Source: Polyangiaceae bacterium (GTDB lineage Bacteria; Myxococcota_A; Polyangia; Polyangiales; Polyangiaceae). Taken from it: a DNA stretch of 64,000 nucleotides. The position numbers and the translations under genes were made by a program. Below, in pieces: positions 1 through 11,790 of this stretch. The stretch is taken from contig CBDCTZ010000016.1 in NCBI GenBank assembly GCA_965222375.1, forward strand, positions 2,528,001 through 2,592,000, read 5' to 3'. Positions within the stretch are counted from its first letter, which is position 1, and each line of letters begins with the position of its first letter. The notes beneath the pieces are model-generated. The model saw nothing but the letters and a program-made list of their open reading frames with translations. It did not search any database and was not told the origin of the DNA.

Positions 1-2386
<2,386 letters not shown>

Positions 2387-2520
2387 GCACTCAGCGTGCC
2401 GCCAGTGCGCCCGGGGTGCAAGGACCGGGGCGCCGCGGGCGCACTGGCGGCTCGCGTCTGAGGTCCAGTCTCGCGTGTGGGTTTTGGGGGTCGGTGCGCC
2501 ACACTTCTCGTCGCTCCGGC

Positions 2521-2860
2521 TGTCAAGGCTGGGCCTCATGGAGCAGCCCAGCTCGGCCAAGCGGATCCAGTGATCGCGAGTGCCAGGCCATGCGCACAGA
2601 GGGTGGGCGCGGCCGAGGCGCTGGATCGGCCAAGCAGATCCATTTTCCACTTGGTCGACTTCATGTGGTTGTTTCCTGGTAGTTGTTGCTCTTGCGTGAT
2701 CGCTTCGAGCGCTTTGGGTTGCGGTAGGTCTCGCCGACGAGGCTCAGGACATATGCGTCGTGGAGAAGCCGGTTCATGGCTGCGCTGGCGAGCAGGGTGT
2801 CACCGAAGAGCTCGGCGAGCTCCTCGGTGTTTCGATTCGAGGGCACTCGTATTGAATTGG
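2521..2860 (-). mobile_element. istB: IS21-family remnant (istB C-terminus plus right end)
   Basis: SNRNTEELAELFGDTLLASAAMNRLLHDAYVLSLVGETYR resembles the IstB C-terminus. Subterminal direct repeats at 2553-2569 and 2626-2642 (16/17 identical). TGTCAA terminus at 2521. Confidence 0.8.
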
Positions 2861-2875
2861 GAGGTCGCGCGAGTT

Positions 2876-3475
2876 TCATGTCTCGGGCGGCAAGCGAATG
2901 GCCAGCGGCTCGCCACCGTAACGCGTGAAGGTCACCACGCCGGCACCCAAGTCCCAGGTAGCCTTGTTCAGCGCACGGAACGGCGTCACTTTGACGGTAT
3001 GGGCCTTGGCCGATCCTGCGGAATGGAGGCCGATACTCCCATTCAACTCGAATGCCGCGAATTGCTTGTCGGGCGAAACGAAGGTCTGACCTACACGACG
3101 CGCCACGGGTTTCTTGGCGTAGAGCAATTGCGAATAGTGAGCCACGGCTTCGAAGCCTCCCGAACGGACTGTGTAGCTCTGCTTGGCATAGGCACCAGCT
3201 ATCGGTCTCACGGCCCCGTAGCTACGGGGTCGCCACGCGGAATTTGGAGGTGGTAGGGGTTGAGTCGCGCTCAACGGCGCCGTGGCTGGCACGGCGACAG
3301 AAGCGGGTGCTGTCGGGTTCTTGCGAGCGGCCTTGGCGCTGGCGAGACTACCAAGTTCCGCTTCTGCGATTGGCGCACTCAAGCGTTCTGCACTGTTGTC
3401 GCAACCAGTCGCGCAGGCAAGAACCGCCCCGATGAGTGCTGGGGACGACATTTTCAATAGAGATTGTGCTTTCAT
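2876..3475 (-). CDS. Hypothetical lipoprotein
   Basis: Hydrophobic leader ending ACATGC, Pro/Ala linker, beta-rich C-terminal domain. Confidence 0.6.
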   Translation of the reverse strand: MKAQSLLKMSSPALIGAVLACATGCDNSAERLSAPIAEAELGSLASAKAARKNPTAPASVAVPATAPLSATQPLPPPNSAWRPRSYGAVRPIAGAYAKQSYTVRSGGFEAVAHYSQLLYAKKPVARRVGQTFVSPDKQFAAFELNGSIGLHSAGSAKAHTVKVTPFRALNKATWDLGAGVVTFTRYGGEPLAIRLPPET

Positions 3476-3520
3476 GCCATCGTGGCTCGAGGGCCGAGCC
3501 TGCATCCCCCGGCTCCCCGT

Positions 3521-3792
3521 GGAATGTCCCTCCCGCCGTTGATCACGGAAGTGGCGGTCTTGTCGCTTTGATGTTCATGCAGCTTGTCCTTGGTGGTCAA
3601 CGCGGGTGGTTTGTTCAGGTCCCCGAAGCGCGACAACGAGCTTCGGAATGCGTAGCCGCGCAGTTTCCTGAAGCCGCGGGAGGCTTCCAAGATCGAAGTG
3701 GCGACCCAGCGGTGCACCATCGTACCGTCGCGCCAGCGTTTCACGTTGCGCGTACTTCGACAAGGTGGATTTGGAACGAGTGGGGTTTCCTT
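3521..3792 (-). mobile_element. IS256-family remnant (frameshifted transposase C-terminus plus terminal sequence)
   Basis: RNVKRWRDGTMVHRWVATSILEASRGFRKLRGY is typical of the IS256 transposase end. It is followed by ccgccacttccgtgatcaacggcgggagggacattcc, which resembles an IS256 right end. Confidence 0.8.
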
Positions 3793-3809
3793 GGCGCTGC
3801 CGCAGCGCC

Positions 3810-6800
3810 TTAGCGGGGCTCGAACCAGGAGTTGGGCTTGGTGGCCACGAAGGGCGAGATACCGCTCGTGCGTAGATAGGTTCCATTGCCGAGGCTCACC
3901 AACACAATGTCCCTGTTGGCTCCCAAGTTTAGGGAGACTTCGGGATGGGTTGCCAGGGGGGTTCGGTACAGCTCTTCCCCCGTGTTGGCATCCAAAATCA
4001 AGAACATGCGCTTCTCATTGCGCACGGTAGTGGTTTCTTCTGTGGTGCGCAGAAACATGCGCGTGGTGGCCTCGTTGACCCGGTCGCCGTCTTGCGGCCG
4101 CAATGCGAGCCAAGTAGCACTGGGGACCTCGTACACGGTGTCGGCATCGCTGACAAGGGCGACGAGGGCGACCTCTTCGCCGATGGCGCGCACTTCGAAG
4201 ACAAGAGCATCGCTGGTTTTGACATTGGTCAGGGTGATCTCTTTGCTGCTCGTCGAGTCACGAAGGAGATAGCGTTCAGGATCGAGAACGACCGGTTCGC
4301 CCGCCGGCAAGGTGATGTCGTCGCGCTCGACAGCGCCGTTGCGCAAGATGGTGACTTGCAAAGCGGGGCTGATACCCGAGTCCCCGTAGCCCATGCTGTG
4401 AATCTTCACCGATAGCTCTCCGTCTCGAGTGGGGCGCAGGTGGAATTTGCCGAAGAAGCCCTGTCCATCCGGGTTGGTGAGGCCCATGTGCAAGTCTTGT
4501 CTAACCGCGTCGGCGCAATTGTTCTTGCCATGGGCTACCCCTAAAGATGCACCAGCTAGGATGGGCAAGAGCTGTTTCTCGTACAGGCCATTGCCCAACA
4601 AGTAGGGGTAGTGTTCTACCGAGATGTCGCTCTGGTGGTGGGGCACGATTCCCGACAGGCCACAGGCCAAATCCCAGCCGATATCGATCCATCTTGGATC
4701 GCCGGTGACTTGGTAGCCGAACTGAACCGCGGCGCCGCGGGTGATCTTCTTGACCCCGCCCCAGGGCATGTCGGGAAAGCCGGCGTTTTGCAGATCGGTG
4801 AGGAGGATCGCTTGGGCATCTTCTAAGCCCCACTGTCCATCTGGATCGCGCAATCCTTCCCAACTGGCATCCCATGTGAGCGTCCCCCAGTCCTCCGCTT
4901 GCCAGCGAGCGATGGTGCGCAGCAGTCCTTGGTACAGATAGCCTTGTGGGTTTCGAAAGCTCTGGTAATCCGGGTGGTATTCCCGGCCGAGAGCTAAGAG
5001 GGTCCACTCCTGCGCGAGCTCCTTGATTCGCGGATCCCAGGTAGCCTCGTACATTTCGTGCAAGACTCGCAGTCCGTTGTACAGTTCGCGTCCCCAACTC
5101 CGTTTTCCCGCTGGCTTGCTGAGGGCGTGGTTTGCGTGAAAATCGATGACCCGGTCGAGGACTTCTCGAGTTCGAAGGTCACCGCTTAGATGCAAGAAGT
5201 GGCGTAGAAAGTGAATTTTGGGGGCTTTGGACAATCCTCCGGCGTACCAAGGGAAGGGGGCGATGGCTGCAGCTCCCATGTATCCGGGGGAGGCACCGTC
5301 GCGGGTGGTGTAGTGATTGGTGCCGACATCCATGTGGTACCGAGAGAGGATTTCGCCCTCTTCGTACAAGCTGCGGTCGCCGCCGCGGATAAACAGGATC
5401 CAGGGAATGACTTGTTGGCTGTACTGGGCGTTGTCGAACCAGCGGTACAATCCCGATTCGGGCGGCGCGCCCCAGCGGACCATGCCGAATCGCCAAAAGC
5501 CGTAGTAGTGGCCACCTTTGGGGCGAACGGAAACGATCTTGCCCAGGCTGTCGAGGGCGGTTTCGATGACCTCGGGCAGGGTGCCTATGGGGGCGATGTC
5601 GAGCCCTTGGATAGGAATTTTGGTGGCGTGTTTGGGATCTTGCCGGGCGATCACTGGGTGCTGGACGATGGAGTTGAGCTCGGCGGGGTGGAGGGCGCTA
5701 TCGCTATCGTAGAACTGCACAGCAAACTCGTGGGTGCGGGCGGCGCCTTCGGCGGTGTGCTCAAAATAGGGGTTGTTGACGTACTCATGCTCTGCATGCC
5801 CTAGGCCCTGTGACCACTCGTGGTTTTCCCAGTAGTCGGAAAAGTACAGTTCGTCGGGCATGATGTCGCTGTAGCGAAAGGCCATGCGGGGGGCGCTTTG
5901 TGGCCATAGGGAGACGCGCATGGTGTGTTCTTGAAAGGAAAACTCGGTGGGGTACGTCTGCCAAGCGTGTCGCAGGGCCACGGCGACGCCGGTGCCAGTA
6001 TCGCGTTCCGCCGCCGCCCACCCGGCGAGATGGGTTGCACTATCGGCGAGGGCGTCGCCCACGTAGACGCTCAGGCCATCGACCTCGAGCTGGCTGGCGC
6101 GGATGGGAGCGGTGGTCCCATACGAAAAATGGTCGGAAGAATTTTCTCCGTATCCAACGCGAAAAGTAGAGGCATCGGGGGCGGGAATGTCGATGGCCCA
6201 TAGAGAAGAGCCGTGGTTGGGATTTCGGACCATCCAGGTAACGGTGTGAAACACGTTGAACCAGTCTCTGTCCTTGTAGAATTCGTAGCGCAGGTCGAGC
6301 TTGGCGATGGTTGTTTTTCCCGCGGTGCGGAAGAAGCCCGAGCTGCGCACCAGGACGCTGTCGCCCTCGTCGCGAACGACCTCGGTGGTCCAGTCCGCAA
6401 GCTGGGTCGGCTCCCTGGCGATGCCGTCGTCCGAGTCCAAGACTAGCGTGGCGGCCGGATAGGTGGTGGTGCCAACGCGGGCGCTTTGGTAGAGGCTGGG
6501 ATTCTGCTTGGAAAGGACGACCTCGACCTTGCCGGTATCAATGGTCAGAGAGCTGTCGTCGCTTTGGAGCATGCTGGGCGGGTCATTGGCCGGTGCCAGC
6601 TCTTTCCAGTGAAAGGCGTAACGCTCCTCTTCGCTGGCGACAAAGCGCAAGACCGCGTGTTTGACGAAGCGCTTTTGCGCCGACCACCAGGCGATGACCT
6701 CGGCCTTGTAGGGCACCGACTGTCCCTGGCCATCTCGCAAATCGCCGGCGACCTGTCCTTCCATGTCGCCCTCTAGGAACGTGATGCCGACGGCGGTGTG

Positions 6801-6986
6801 CTGGCTGGGCGCGGTGAAAAAACGCTGGGCCGACAAGATGTCGATGTCGATGGCGATGACGTCGGGGTTGGCATCGCTTTTGTCCGGGCCGGGACCGGGA
6901 CCGCTGCCAATGATCCCGTCGGTACAGCTACAGAGCAGGCACACAAGCAGGATCGATCGAAGAGTGTTGGCGGGTTGGCAACGCAT
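3810..6986 (-). CDS. Large secreted/lipoprotein, PcRGLX/YetA-like (exo-rhamnogalacturonan lyase-like) family
   Basis: Signal LLVCLLCSC. Motifs WW..KRFVKHAVLRF, ALRHAWQTYP, VSLWP, GAARTHEF, YYGFWRFG and LFIRGGDR...HMDV resemble that family. Activity is not established. Confidence 0.55.
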   Translation of the reverse strand: MRCQPANTLRSILLVCLLCSCTDGIIGSGPGPGPDKSDANPDVIAIDIDILSAQRFFTAPSQHTAVGITFLEGDMEGQVAGDLRDGQGQSVPYKAEVIAWWSAQKRFVKHAVLRFVASEEERYAFHWKELAPANDPPSMLQSDDSSLTIDTGKVEVVLSKQNPSLYQSARVGTTTYPAATLVLDSDDGIAREPTQLADWTTEVVRDEGDSVLVRSSGFFRTAGKTTIAKLDLRYEFYKDRDWFNVFHTVTWMVRNPNHGSSLWAIDIPAPDASTFRVGYGENSSDHFSYGTTAPIRASQLEVDGLSVYVGDALADSATHLAGWAAAERDTGTGVAVALRHAWQTYPTEFSFQEHTMRVSLWPQSAPRMAFRYSDIMPDELYFSDYWENHEWSQGLGHAEHEYVNNPYFEHTAEGAARTHEFAVQFYDSDSALHPAELNSIVQHPVIARQDPKHATKIPIQGLDIAPIGTLPEVIETALDSLGKIVSVRPKGGHYYGFWRFGMVRWGAPPESGLYRWFDNAQYSQQVIPWILFIRGGDRSLYEEGEILSRYHMDVGTNHYTTRDGASPGYMGAAAIAPFPWYAGGLSKAPKIHFLRHFLHLSGDLRTREVLDRVIDFHANHALSKPAGKRSWGRELYNGLRVLHEMYEATWDPRIKELAQEWTLLALGREYHPDYQSFRNPQGYLYQGLLRTIARWQAEDWGTLTWDASWEGLRDPDGQWGLEDAQAILLTDLQNAGFPDMPWGGVKKITRGAAVQFGYQVTGDPRWIDIGWDLACGLSGIVPHHQSDISVEHYPYLLGNGLYEKQLLPILAGASLGVAHGKNNCADAVRQDLHMGLTNPDGQGFFGKFHLRPTRDGELSVKIHSMGYGDSGISPALQVTILRNGAVERDDITLPAGEPVVLDPERYLLRDSTSSKEITLTNVKTSDALVFEVRAIGEEVALVALVSDADTVYEVPSATWLALRPQDGDRVNEATTRMFLRTTEETTTVRNEKRMFLILDANTGEELYRTPLATHPEVSLNLGANRDIVLVSLGNGTYLRTSGISPFVATKPNSWFEPR

Positions 6987-7048
6987 CGTTGGTGAAGGTG
7001 GAATGGGATGAAGGTCTCGATGTCGACGAGGCAAGCCTGCCGGAGTGA

Positions 7049-8956
7049 TCAGATTTGGCAGCGTCGGCGGATTCTCGCGAGGTCCGTCTTCGACGAAGCC
7101 TGCATATGAAACACCCCGTCTTTGTCGATCCTATGCATGAGGTGCTCGTCGCGGGAGGGGCGGGCCTTGTTCTTGCGGATGTGTCGATCGAGCGCCTCGG
7201 CATCGCTGTCGGTGACGAGGGTGCAGTAGAGATCCACCGAACAGAGGTTCTTGCATGACATGAGGGAGTTCACCGAGCGAACCGCGGTGTCGCTCAACAT
7301 GATGTGCTGAAGCGTTTTGTGGCCGCTGAGTGATTGGATGCTGGTGATCGGCGTGCTGTCGAGACAGACTTGGATGACGGGGACTTTGGCGAGAGGTGAT
7401 ATACCGCGCACGGCGGATCCCTCGATGCTGACCGATCGGAGGAGCTTCATATTTGCGACCGGCTCGATCGAGCGAAGCTTCTTGAGATTGGACCAATCGA
7501 GCTTGAGCTCCCGGACCGCGCGAAACTGGGACAGGAACTCCAGGTCTGTGATCGTGAACTTCCGAAGGACGACGTGTCGAGCGAAGATCGCGTGGGGGTC
7601 CTTCATAAACTCCCGCAGCTGCTTGACCTGGCCTTTGGACTGGAGTCTGAAGTTATGCAGGTTGTCGAGAAGCCCGTAGCGAAACCCAAAGTAGCGGGAG
7701 TCTTCTTGCGTGAAGTGGACCATGTGTTCTGCGAGCCCGCGGTACCGTGGCCGAAAGTAGCCATCGACGTACTGTTGGAAGAGCTCTAGCGCGCGCTTCT
7801 TGTGCATCTCTTGTTGCGGTGGCTCTTTTTCGGCCTTGAGGTCGGCATGGACGAGCTCGGCCAGCGGATGCCCTTGCTTCTTGAGCCAATCGCCCCACTG
7901 CTTGACATGCTTGCGCTCCCACCCACTTAGTAGCTTTTCGTGCTGAGCATTGCGGGGGAGAGGAACATAGGCTTCCGCCGGCGGCAAAGACGGCACCTTT
8001 GTCTTGCTCGCACCTTCGCGTGATCCCGTAGGCTTTGCGGCACCGGTCTTTTTCGCCTTCTTTTTCTCGAGCCGACGCTTGGCTTTGGGCTCTTTGCGTT
8101 TCCCTTGGAGATGGCCCCGCAGGTGGTAGTCGAGAAAATCCTCGAAGCTCTCAGCTAGCCAATCATGTGCGCCACCACTATCCACCGAGACCAAGATGAT
8201 CTGTCCCTTCGTGCCACCCTTGTCCGGGTCGAGGTCGATACAAAGGTGGTCGCGATTTCGCGCGCTCGTACCGATCACGATCCACGACGCAGAAAACTCG
8301 ACCGGTTTGATTCGCGCGTCGACTTTGTGGGCCTGCTCGACTTCGTCGTCGCCCAGCATCCCGAGCAGCCACTTCGATTTCTGGGGGAGGTCCTGGACTT
8401 GATGCAACTCGCCCCAGACGACGTCGGCGGGGGTTCCGTTGTGGATACTCAGATAGGCCTTGAAGTCTGCTGGCAACGCGTGACCTAGCGTCTTTTCCGC
8501 TTTCTTGATCGCCGCTTCGGACGCGGGCTTCTTTTCTTTCCAGCACTCAACTTCGTCCGGAAACTCCTCCGGTGGGTTCTTGGTCAACCACTCCGTGATC
8601 TCTTGGACGCGCGCAGCGATTCGGCCCTTGATGCCGCTTCCTCGGCTCGCCTTGTTCGCAGCACCCTTGGCGCTTTTGGTCGCCGCTGTGCCCTTCTTCG
8701 CTTTGGATACAGCTTTACCGGAGCTTGACTTGGTCGCCATCGACTTGCCAGCGTTGATGTAGCCCTTCTTCCGCTTTGAATTAGCGAGCTTCTCCGAGGC
8801 CGCTTTCGCCTGAGATGGACCTGCAAAGCTCTTCGTCGTCTCACGGCCCTCGGTTCCAATGCGGCCGTACCGCACGACTTGCTTCGCGCCCTCGACAGAT
8901 ACCTGCCAAAACTTGGCGCTGGTACCTTTGCGAAACTCGAGTTTGATGGGATTCAT
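7049..8956 (-). CDS. WGR + SMI1/KNR4 + TIGR02996-like + leucine-rich repeat protein
   Basis: KFWQVSV...VRYGRIGTEG...KRKKGY (WGR); PASEAAIKKAEKTLGHALPADFKAYLSIHNG and LCIDLDP..GGTKGQII (SMI1); WGDWLKKQGHPLAELV; C-terminal LRRs. Confidence 0.85.
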   Translation of the reverse strand: MNPIKLEFRKGTSAKFWQVSVEGAKQVVRYGRIGTEGRETTKSFAGPSQAKAASEKLANSKRKKGYINAGKSMATKSSSGKAVSKAKKGTAATKSAKGAANKASRGSGIKGRIAARVQEITEWLTKNPPEEFPDEVECWKEKKPASEAAIKKAEKTLGHALPADFKAYLSIHNGTPADVVWGELHQVQDLPQKSKWLLGMLGDDEVEQAHKVDARIKPVEFSASWIVIGTSARNRDHLCIDLDPDKGGTKGQIILVSVDSGGAHDWLAESFEDFLDYHLRGHLQGKRKEPKAKRRLEKKKAKKTGAAKPTGSREGASKTKVPSLPPAEAYVPLPRNAQHEKLLSGWERKHVKQWGDWLKKQGHPLAELVHADLKAEKEPPQQEMHKKRALELFQQYVDGYFRPRYRGLAEHMVHFTQEDSRYFGFRYGLLDNLHNFRLQSKGQVKQLREFMKDPHAIFARHVVLRKFTITDLEFLSQFRAVRELKLDWSNLKKLRSIEPVANMKLLRSVSIEGSAVRGISPLAKVPVIQVCLDSTPITSIQSLSGHKTLQHIMLSDTAVRSVNSLMSCKNLCSVDLYCTLVTDSDAEALDRHIRKNKARPSRDEHLMHRIDKDGVFHMQASSKTDLARIRRRCQI

Positions 8957-9027
8957 TCCCAACCGACCGCCAGTACAATGACCGCAAATGGGATTCGCGT
9001 TTCCATGATAAACTCCTTTGTTGCCGC

Positions 9028-10998
9028 CTAGCGTGCCGGCTGATTTCCAACCGCCCCAAAGCTATTGAGAGTTGTGGCTAGATCATCAACACTCAGGACG
9101 CCGTCTCCGTTAGTGTCGCAGCGTGGGTCGAAGTTGAGATCGGCACCAACAAAGTGCGAGCGCCCTGGGGTTGGCTCTTCGGTGATCTGGTTAATGATAC
9201 CGAGCCAGCGGGCGCAGCGCAGAACGTCCAAACCGTCCACCTGGGCATCGAAGTTGAGATCCCCCTGAACCGTCGAGTACGAATCGATCACCGCGTCGTG
9301 GCGCGGGTTCGGCGCCACGCTGATCACCGGGAAAGCGGTGTTGATGTCTATCGTAGTGGTGCCGGCGGCGGTGGTCTGCACCAGCTTTCGTGCCAAGCTC
9401 GCGCCCTCGCCGCGAAGCTTCAGTTCCAGCCAAAGCGGCGCGTCACCAGGCGAGGTGAGCCGAACCGTCGTCTGCCAATTTTCGCCGTCTTCTGCTCGCC
9501 TCGACGGTTCGAACCCCAGGGTTACTTCGGGCCGCTGGCTGCCATACACCAGTGCCTTGAAGAGTCCTGTGAGGTCCCGCGTCGAGGAGGCGTCGAGCAA
9601 GTTGCGAAAGTCCTCGAGAACGCACTGCGTGGTGCAGGTTTCGGTGTAGGTCTTCAAGAGCTTGCGGAAAGCCTCGGCGCCGACCACAACGCGGATTTGA
9701 TCCAGTACCGCGGCCGGCTTGACATAGTCGCGTAGGGTTCCTTGAAAGTAGTTTCCACTGACGGGAAATGGGTAATAGATGGCGGTGTTGGGATGGTAGT
9801 ATTTCTCCAACACGCTGACTTCGCGATGCCGGTAGGCGAGGTACTCGTCAAAGTCGTGGTCCGGCGCGTGGGTCAACGCGCTGTAGTCATGTTGGGTTAG
9901 GGTCGCTAGGCCCTCGGTCAGGATCAGATTGACTCCGGTGTCGGCCGGAGTGACTGCCCCGCCCCACCACTGATGCGAAACCTCATGGGCTAGCGTTTCT
10001 TCGAAGAGCTCATCGCCCTCCGCCAAGAACTGTTCACTCAAGATGCTCAGATCGAGTGTGTTGAACCCAGACAGATGCTTCTTTGGAAGCGGGGCTACTC
10101 TAAAATGAGGCGAAGGTAGCGGGCCGGGACCATGCTTTTCAAAGAACGGGAGGATCTTGGGCAGCCACGCAGAAAACTTGTCGCCGGTGGCTTGCAGCTC
10201 TGGTGTTGAATAGACCGTGGTCTTCGGAACCACGTTGGGCACGACCGCCTCGGTGAACTTGCCCTTGTAGAAGAGGGCCAAGGGCACGAAGCCTGACTTT
10301 CGGGTCAGGTCGAAGTCGAAGGCGGTTTGGCTGCCGAGCGGCTTTGACCCGAGAGCCCTGCCCGCGGAAAGAACGTCCCATCCGTTCGGCACCGCGATAC
10401 GAAGACTGGCCTTCGCACCCCACATGTTGGTGGAGATTCCGGCGACCTCGATGCCCGGCAAACCGCTGTAGCCCATAGTGAAGGGAAGCTCGACGCTGCC
10501 ATTGGCGCACAAACCCTTGCATACTTGGGTGCCCGAGTACGACACGTCGAGGGAAACCGCTTGTCCCTCGGCCAGCGGTGGCGAGAAGGTGATGACGTGG
10601 TTCTGGGAGCCCCACTGACCCGGCGCCTGAGTCACCGTCAGCGGGGTCGCTGAATCGACCTTGAAGGTTAGGCCCTGGGCGAGCCCAAACTTGATCGAGG
10701 TAACAACTTGCCGTGCTGTCCCGGAGAGCTTCGTCGTTCCTGACAGTTGCCCCGTCTGCGGGTCGATGGTCAGCTCAAGGTCGAGGCTGCTCACGTCGAA
10801 GGAAAAACCATTCGGCGCCTTGGAGCTCAACGTCCGCTGCACGGGTCCGAAGATTTCCGGCGGTGTGCCGTGGCTCACGCTCACTCGGGAAATGTCCGCT
10901 GCGCAGCGCTTTTTCGTGTTGGCCGTCTCAGCGTGGGCCATACCAACCCAAGGTATGGTGCCGAGGGCGAGCAGCGCTGAAATGATGCGAGTGTTCAT
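9028..10998 (-). CDS. Secreted M1-family (gluzincin) aminopeptidase with C-terminal dockerin-like domain
   Basis: Signal peptide ending AHA; AHEVSHQWWG...LTEGLA; RDYVKP; tail GDLNFDAQVDGLD...DTNGDGVLSVDDL. Confidence 0.88.
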   Translation of the reverse strand: MNTRIISALLALGTIPWVGMAHAETANTKKRCAADISRVSVSHGTPPEIFGPVQRTLSSKAPNGFSFDVSSLDLELTIDPQTGQLSGTTKLSGTARQVVTSIKFGLAQGLTFKVDSATPLTVTQAPGQWGSQNHVITFSPPLAEGQAVSLDVSYSGTQVCKGLCANGSVELPFTMGYSGLPGIEVAGISTNMWGAKASLRIAVPNGWDVLSAGRALGSKPLGSQTAFDFDLTRKSGFVPLALFYKGKFTEAVVPNVVPKTTVYSTPELQATGDKFSAWLPKILPFFEKHGPGPLPSPHFRVAPLPKKHLSGFNTLDLSILSEQFLAEGDELFEETLAHEVSHQWWGGAVTPADTGVNLILTEGLATLTQHDYSALTHAPDHDFDEYLAYRHREVSVLEKYYHPNTAIYYPFPVSGNYFQGTLRDYVKPAAVLDQIRVVVGAEAFRKLLKTYTETCTTQCVLEDFRNLLDASSTRDLTGLFKALVYGSQRPEVTLGFEPSRRAEDGENWQTTVRLTSPGDAPLWLELKLRGEGASLARKLVQTTAAGTTTIDINTAFPVISVAPNPRHDAVIDSYSTVQGDLNFDAQVDGLDVLRCARWLGIINQITEEPTPGRSHFVGADLNFDPRCDTNGDGVLSVDDLATTLNSFGAVGNQPAR

Positions 10999-11510
10999 CA
11001 CTTCCTCTCCAAGCCAACCCACGCGATGTCGCTAACAAGGACGCCGCTTTCACGTTGTAGGGCGCTCCGTGCAGGCACGAACTTCAGGTATTCCAGTCCT
11101 CGGTCGGTGGTCTTGGTGAAGGACACGCGCGCCAAAGTCGTCACGCTCTTTTCGAGGGCTGAAGCTTCGCCGCTTCGAGTCACGACGCCGGCAATAGTGC
11201 CCGGATCAACTGCCGCGGCTTTGACGATCGCCGCTCCCCAGGCCGAACTGGCTCGCACCTCGTTCAGGACCAGGGCCGCCGGCGGAAACGAAAGTCGAAA
11301 CGCCATACCGTAAACGTCGTCGGCTTCGTGGCGAACAAGATCGACAGTGATAGTCTGAGCGGTTTCTTCGACCATGGACAGCTGGACGCGTGGACCAGCA
11401 ACCGCGCGCTCCGGTTGCAGGATTGGCGGTTTGGTGTTGGTGTCCGGCTCGCTTGAACAAGCCGGCGCCGCCAGCGCCGCCAGTAGTCCCAATCCTCGTT
11501 TCCAGTTCAT
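10998..11510 (-). CDS. Cohesin-like domain lipoprotein
   Basis: MNWKRGLGLLAALAAPAC lipobox; ITVDLV..ADDVYGMAFRLSFPPAALVLNEV...PGTI...TLARVSF fits the cohesin beta-sandwich pattern. Stop overlaps the peptidase start (TGATG). Confidence 0.65.
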   Translation of the reverse strand: MNWKRGLGLLAALAAPACSSEPDTNTKPPILQPERAVAGPRVQLSMVEETAQTITVDLVRHEADDVYGMAFRLSFPPAALVLNEVRASSAWGAAIVKAAAVDPGTIAGVVTRSGEASALEKSVTTLARVSFTKTTDRGLEYLKFVPARSALQRESGVLVSDIAWVGLERK

Positions 11511-11553
11511 TGAGTTGCTCGCTCCGGTTTCAATCGCCGTGAAGCTGATAACC

Positions 11554-11569
11554 TGCACGAGGCATGCCA
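11554..11569 (-). promoter_or_regulatory. Candidate sigma54 -24/-12 promoter for the cohesin-peptidase operon
   Basis: Minus strand TGGCATGCCTCGTGCA (GG-N10-GC), 44 nt upstream of ATG 11510. Confidence 0.55.
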
Positions 11570-11665
11570 GTGTGAGACAAAGTAGGTAGCAGGGTTTTCT
11601 TGCAGAAGATGAGTACGAAGCGCCGCAGCTGCGGCCTTCATCAACGGCGCCGTGGGTCATCCCGG

Positions 11666-11682
11666 GTGACCGGCCAAGTCAT
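11666..11682. promoter_or_regulatory. Palindromic enhancer-like site 1 (TGAC-N7-GTCA)
   Basis: GTGACC-GGCCA-AGTCAT, with an extra GGTCAT half-site at 11655-11660. Confidence 0.55.
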
Positions 11683-11756
11683 CACCAGACTCCCGCGGCG
11701 ATCGGACTCGTTGGCAGAGGACGGTGATAGCGGACAGAATTGGTGGCGGCGTCAAT

Positions 11757-11771
11757 TGGCCCCTATCTTGC
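11757..11771 (+). promoter_or_regulatory. Candidate sigma54 promoter for beta-helix gene 1
   Basis: TGGCCCCTATCTTGC (GG-N10-GC). Confidence 0.6.
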
Positions 11772-11790
11772 GTACCTGGGAGCCAAACGC

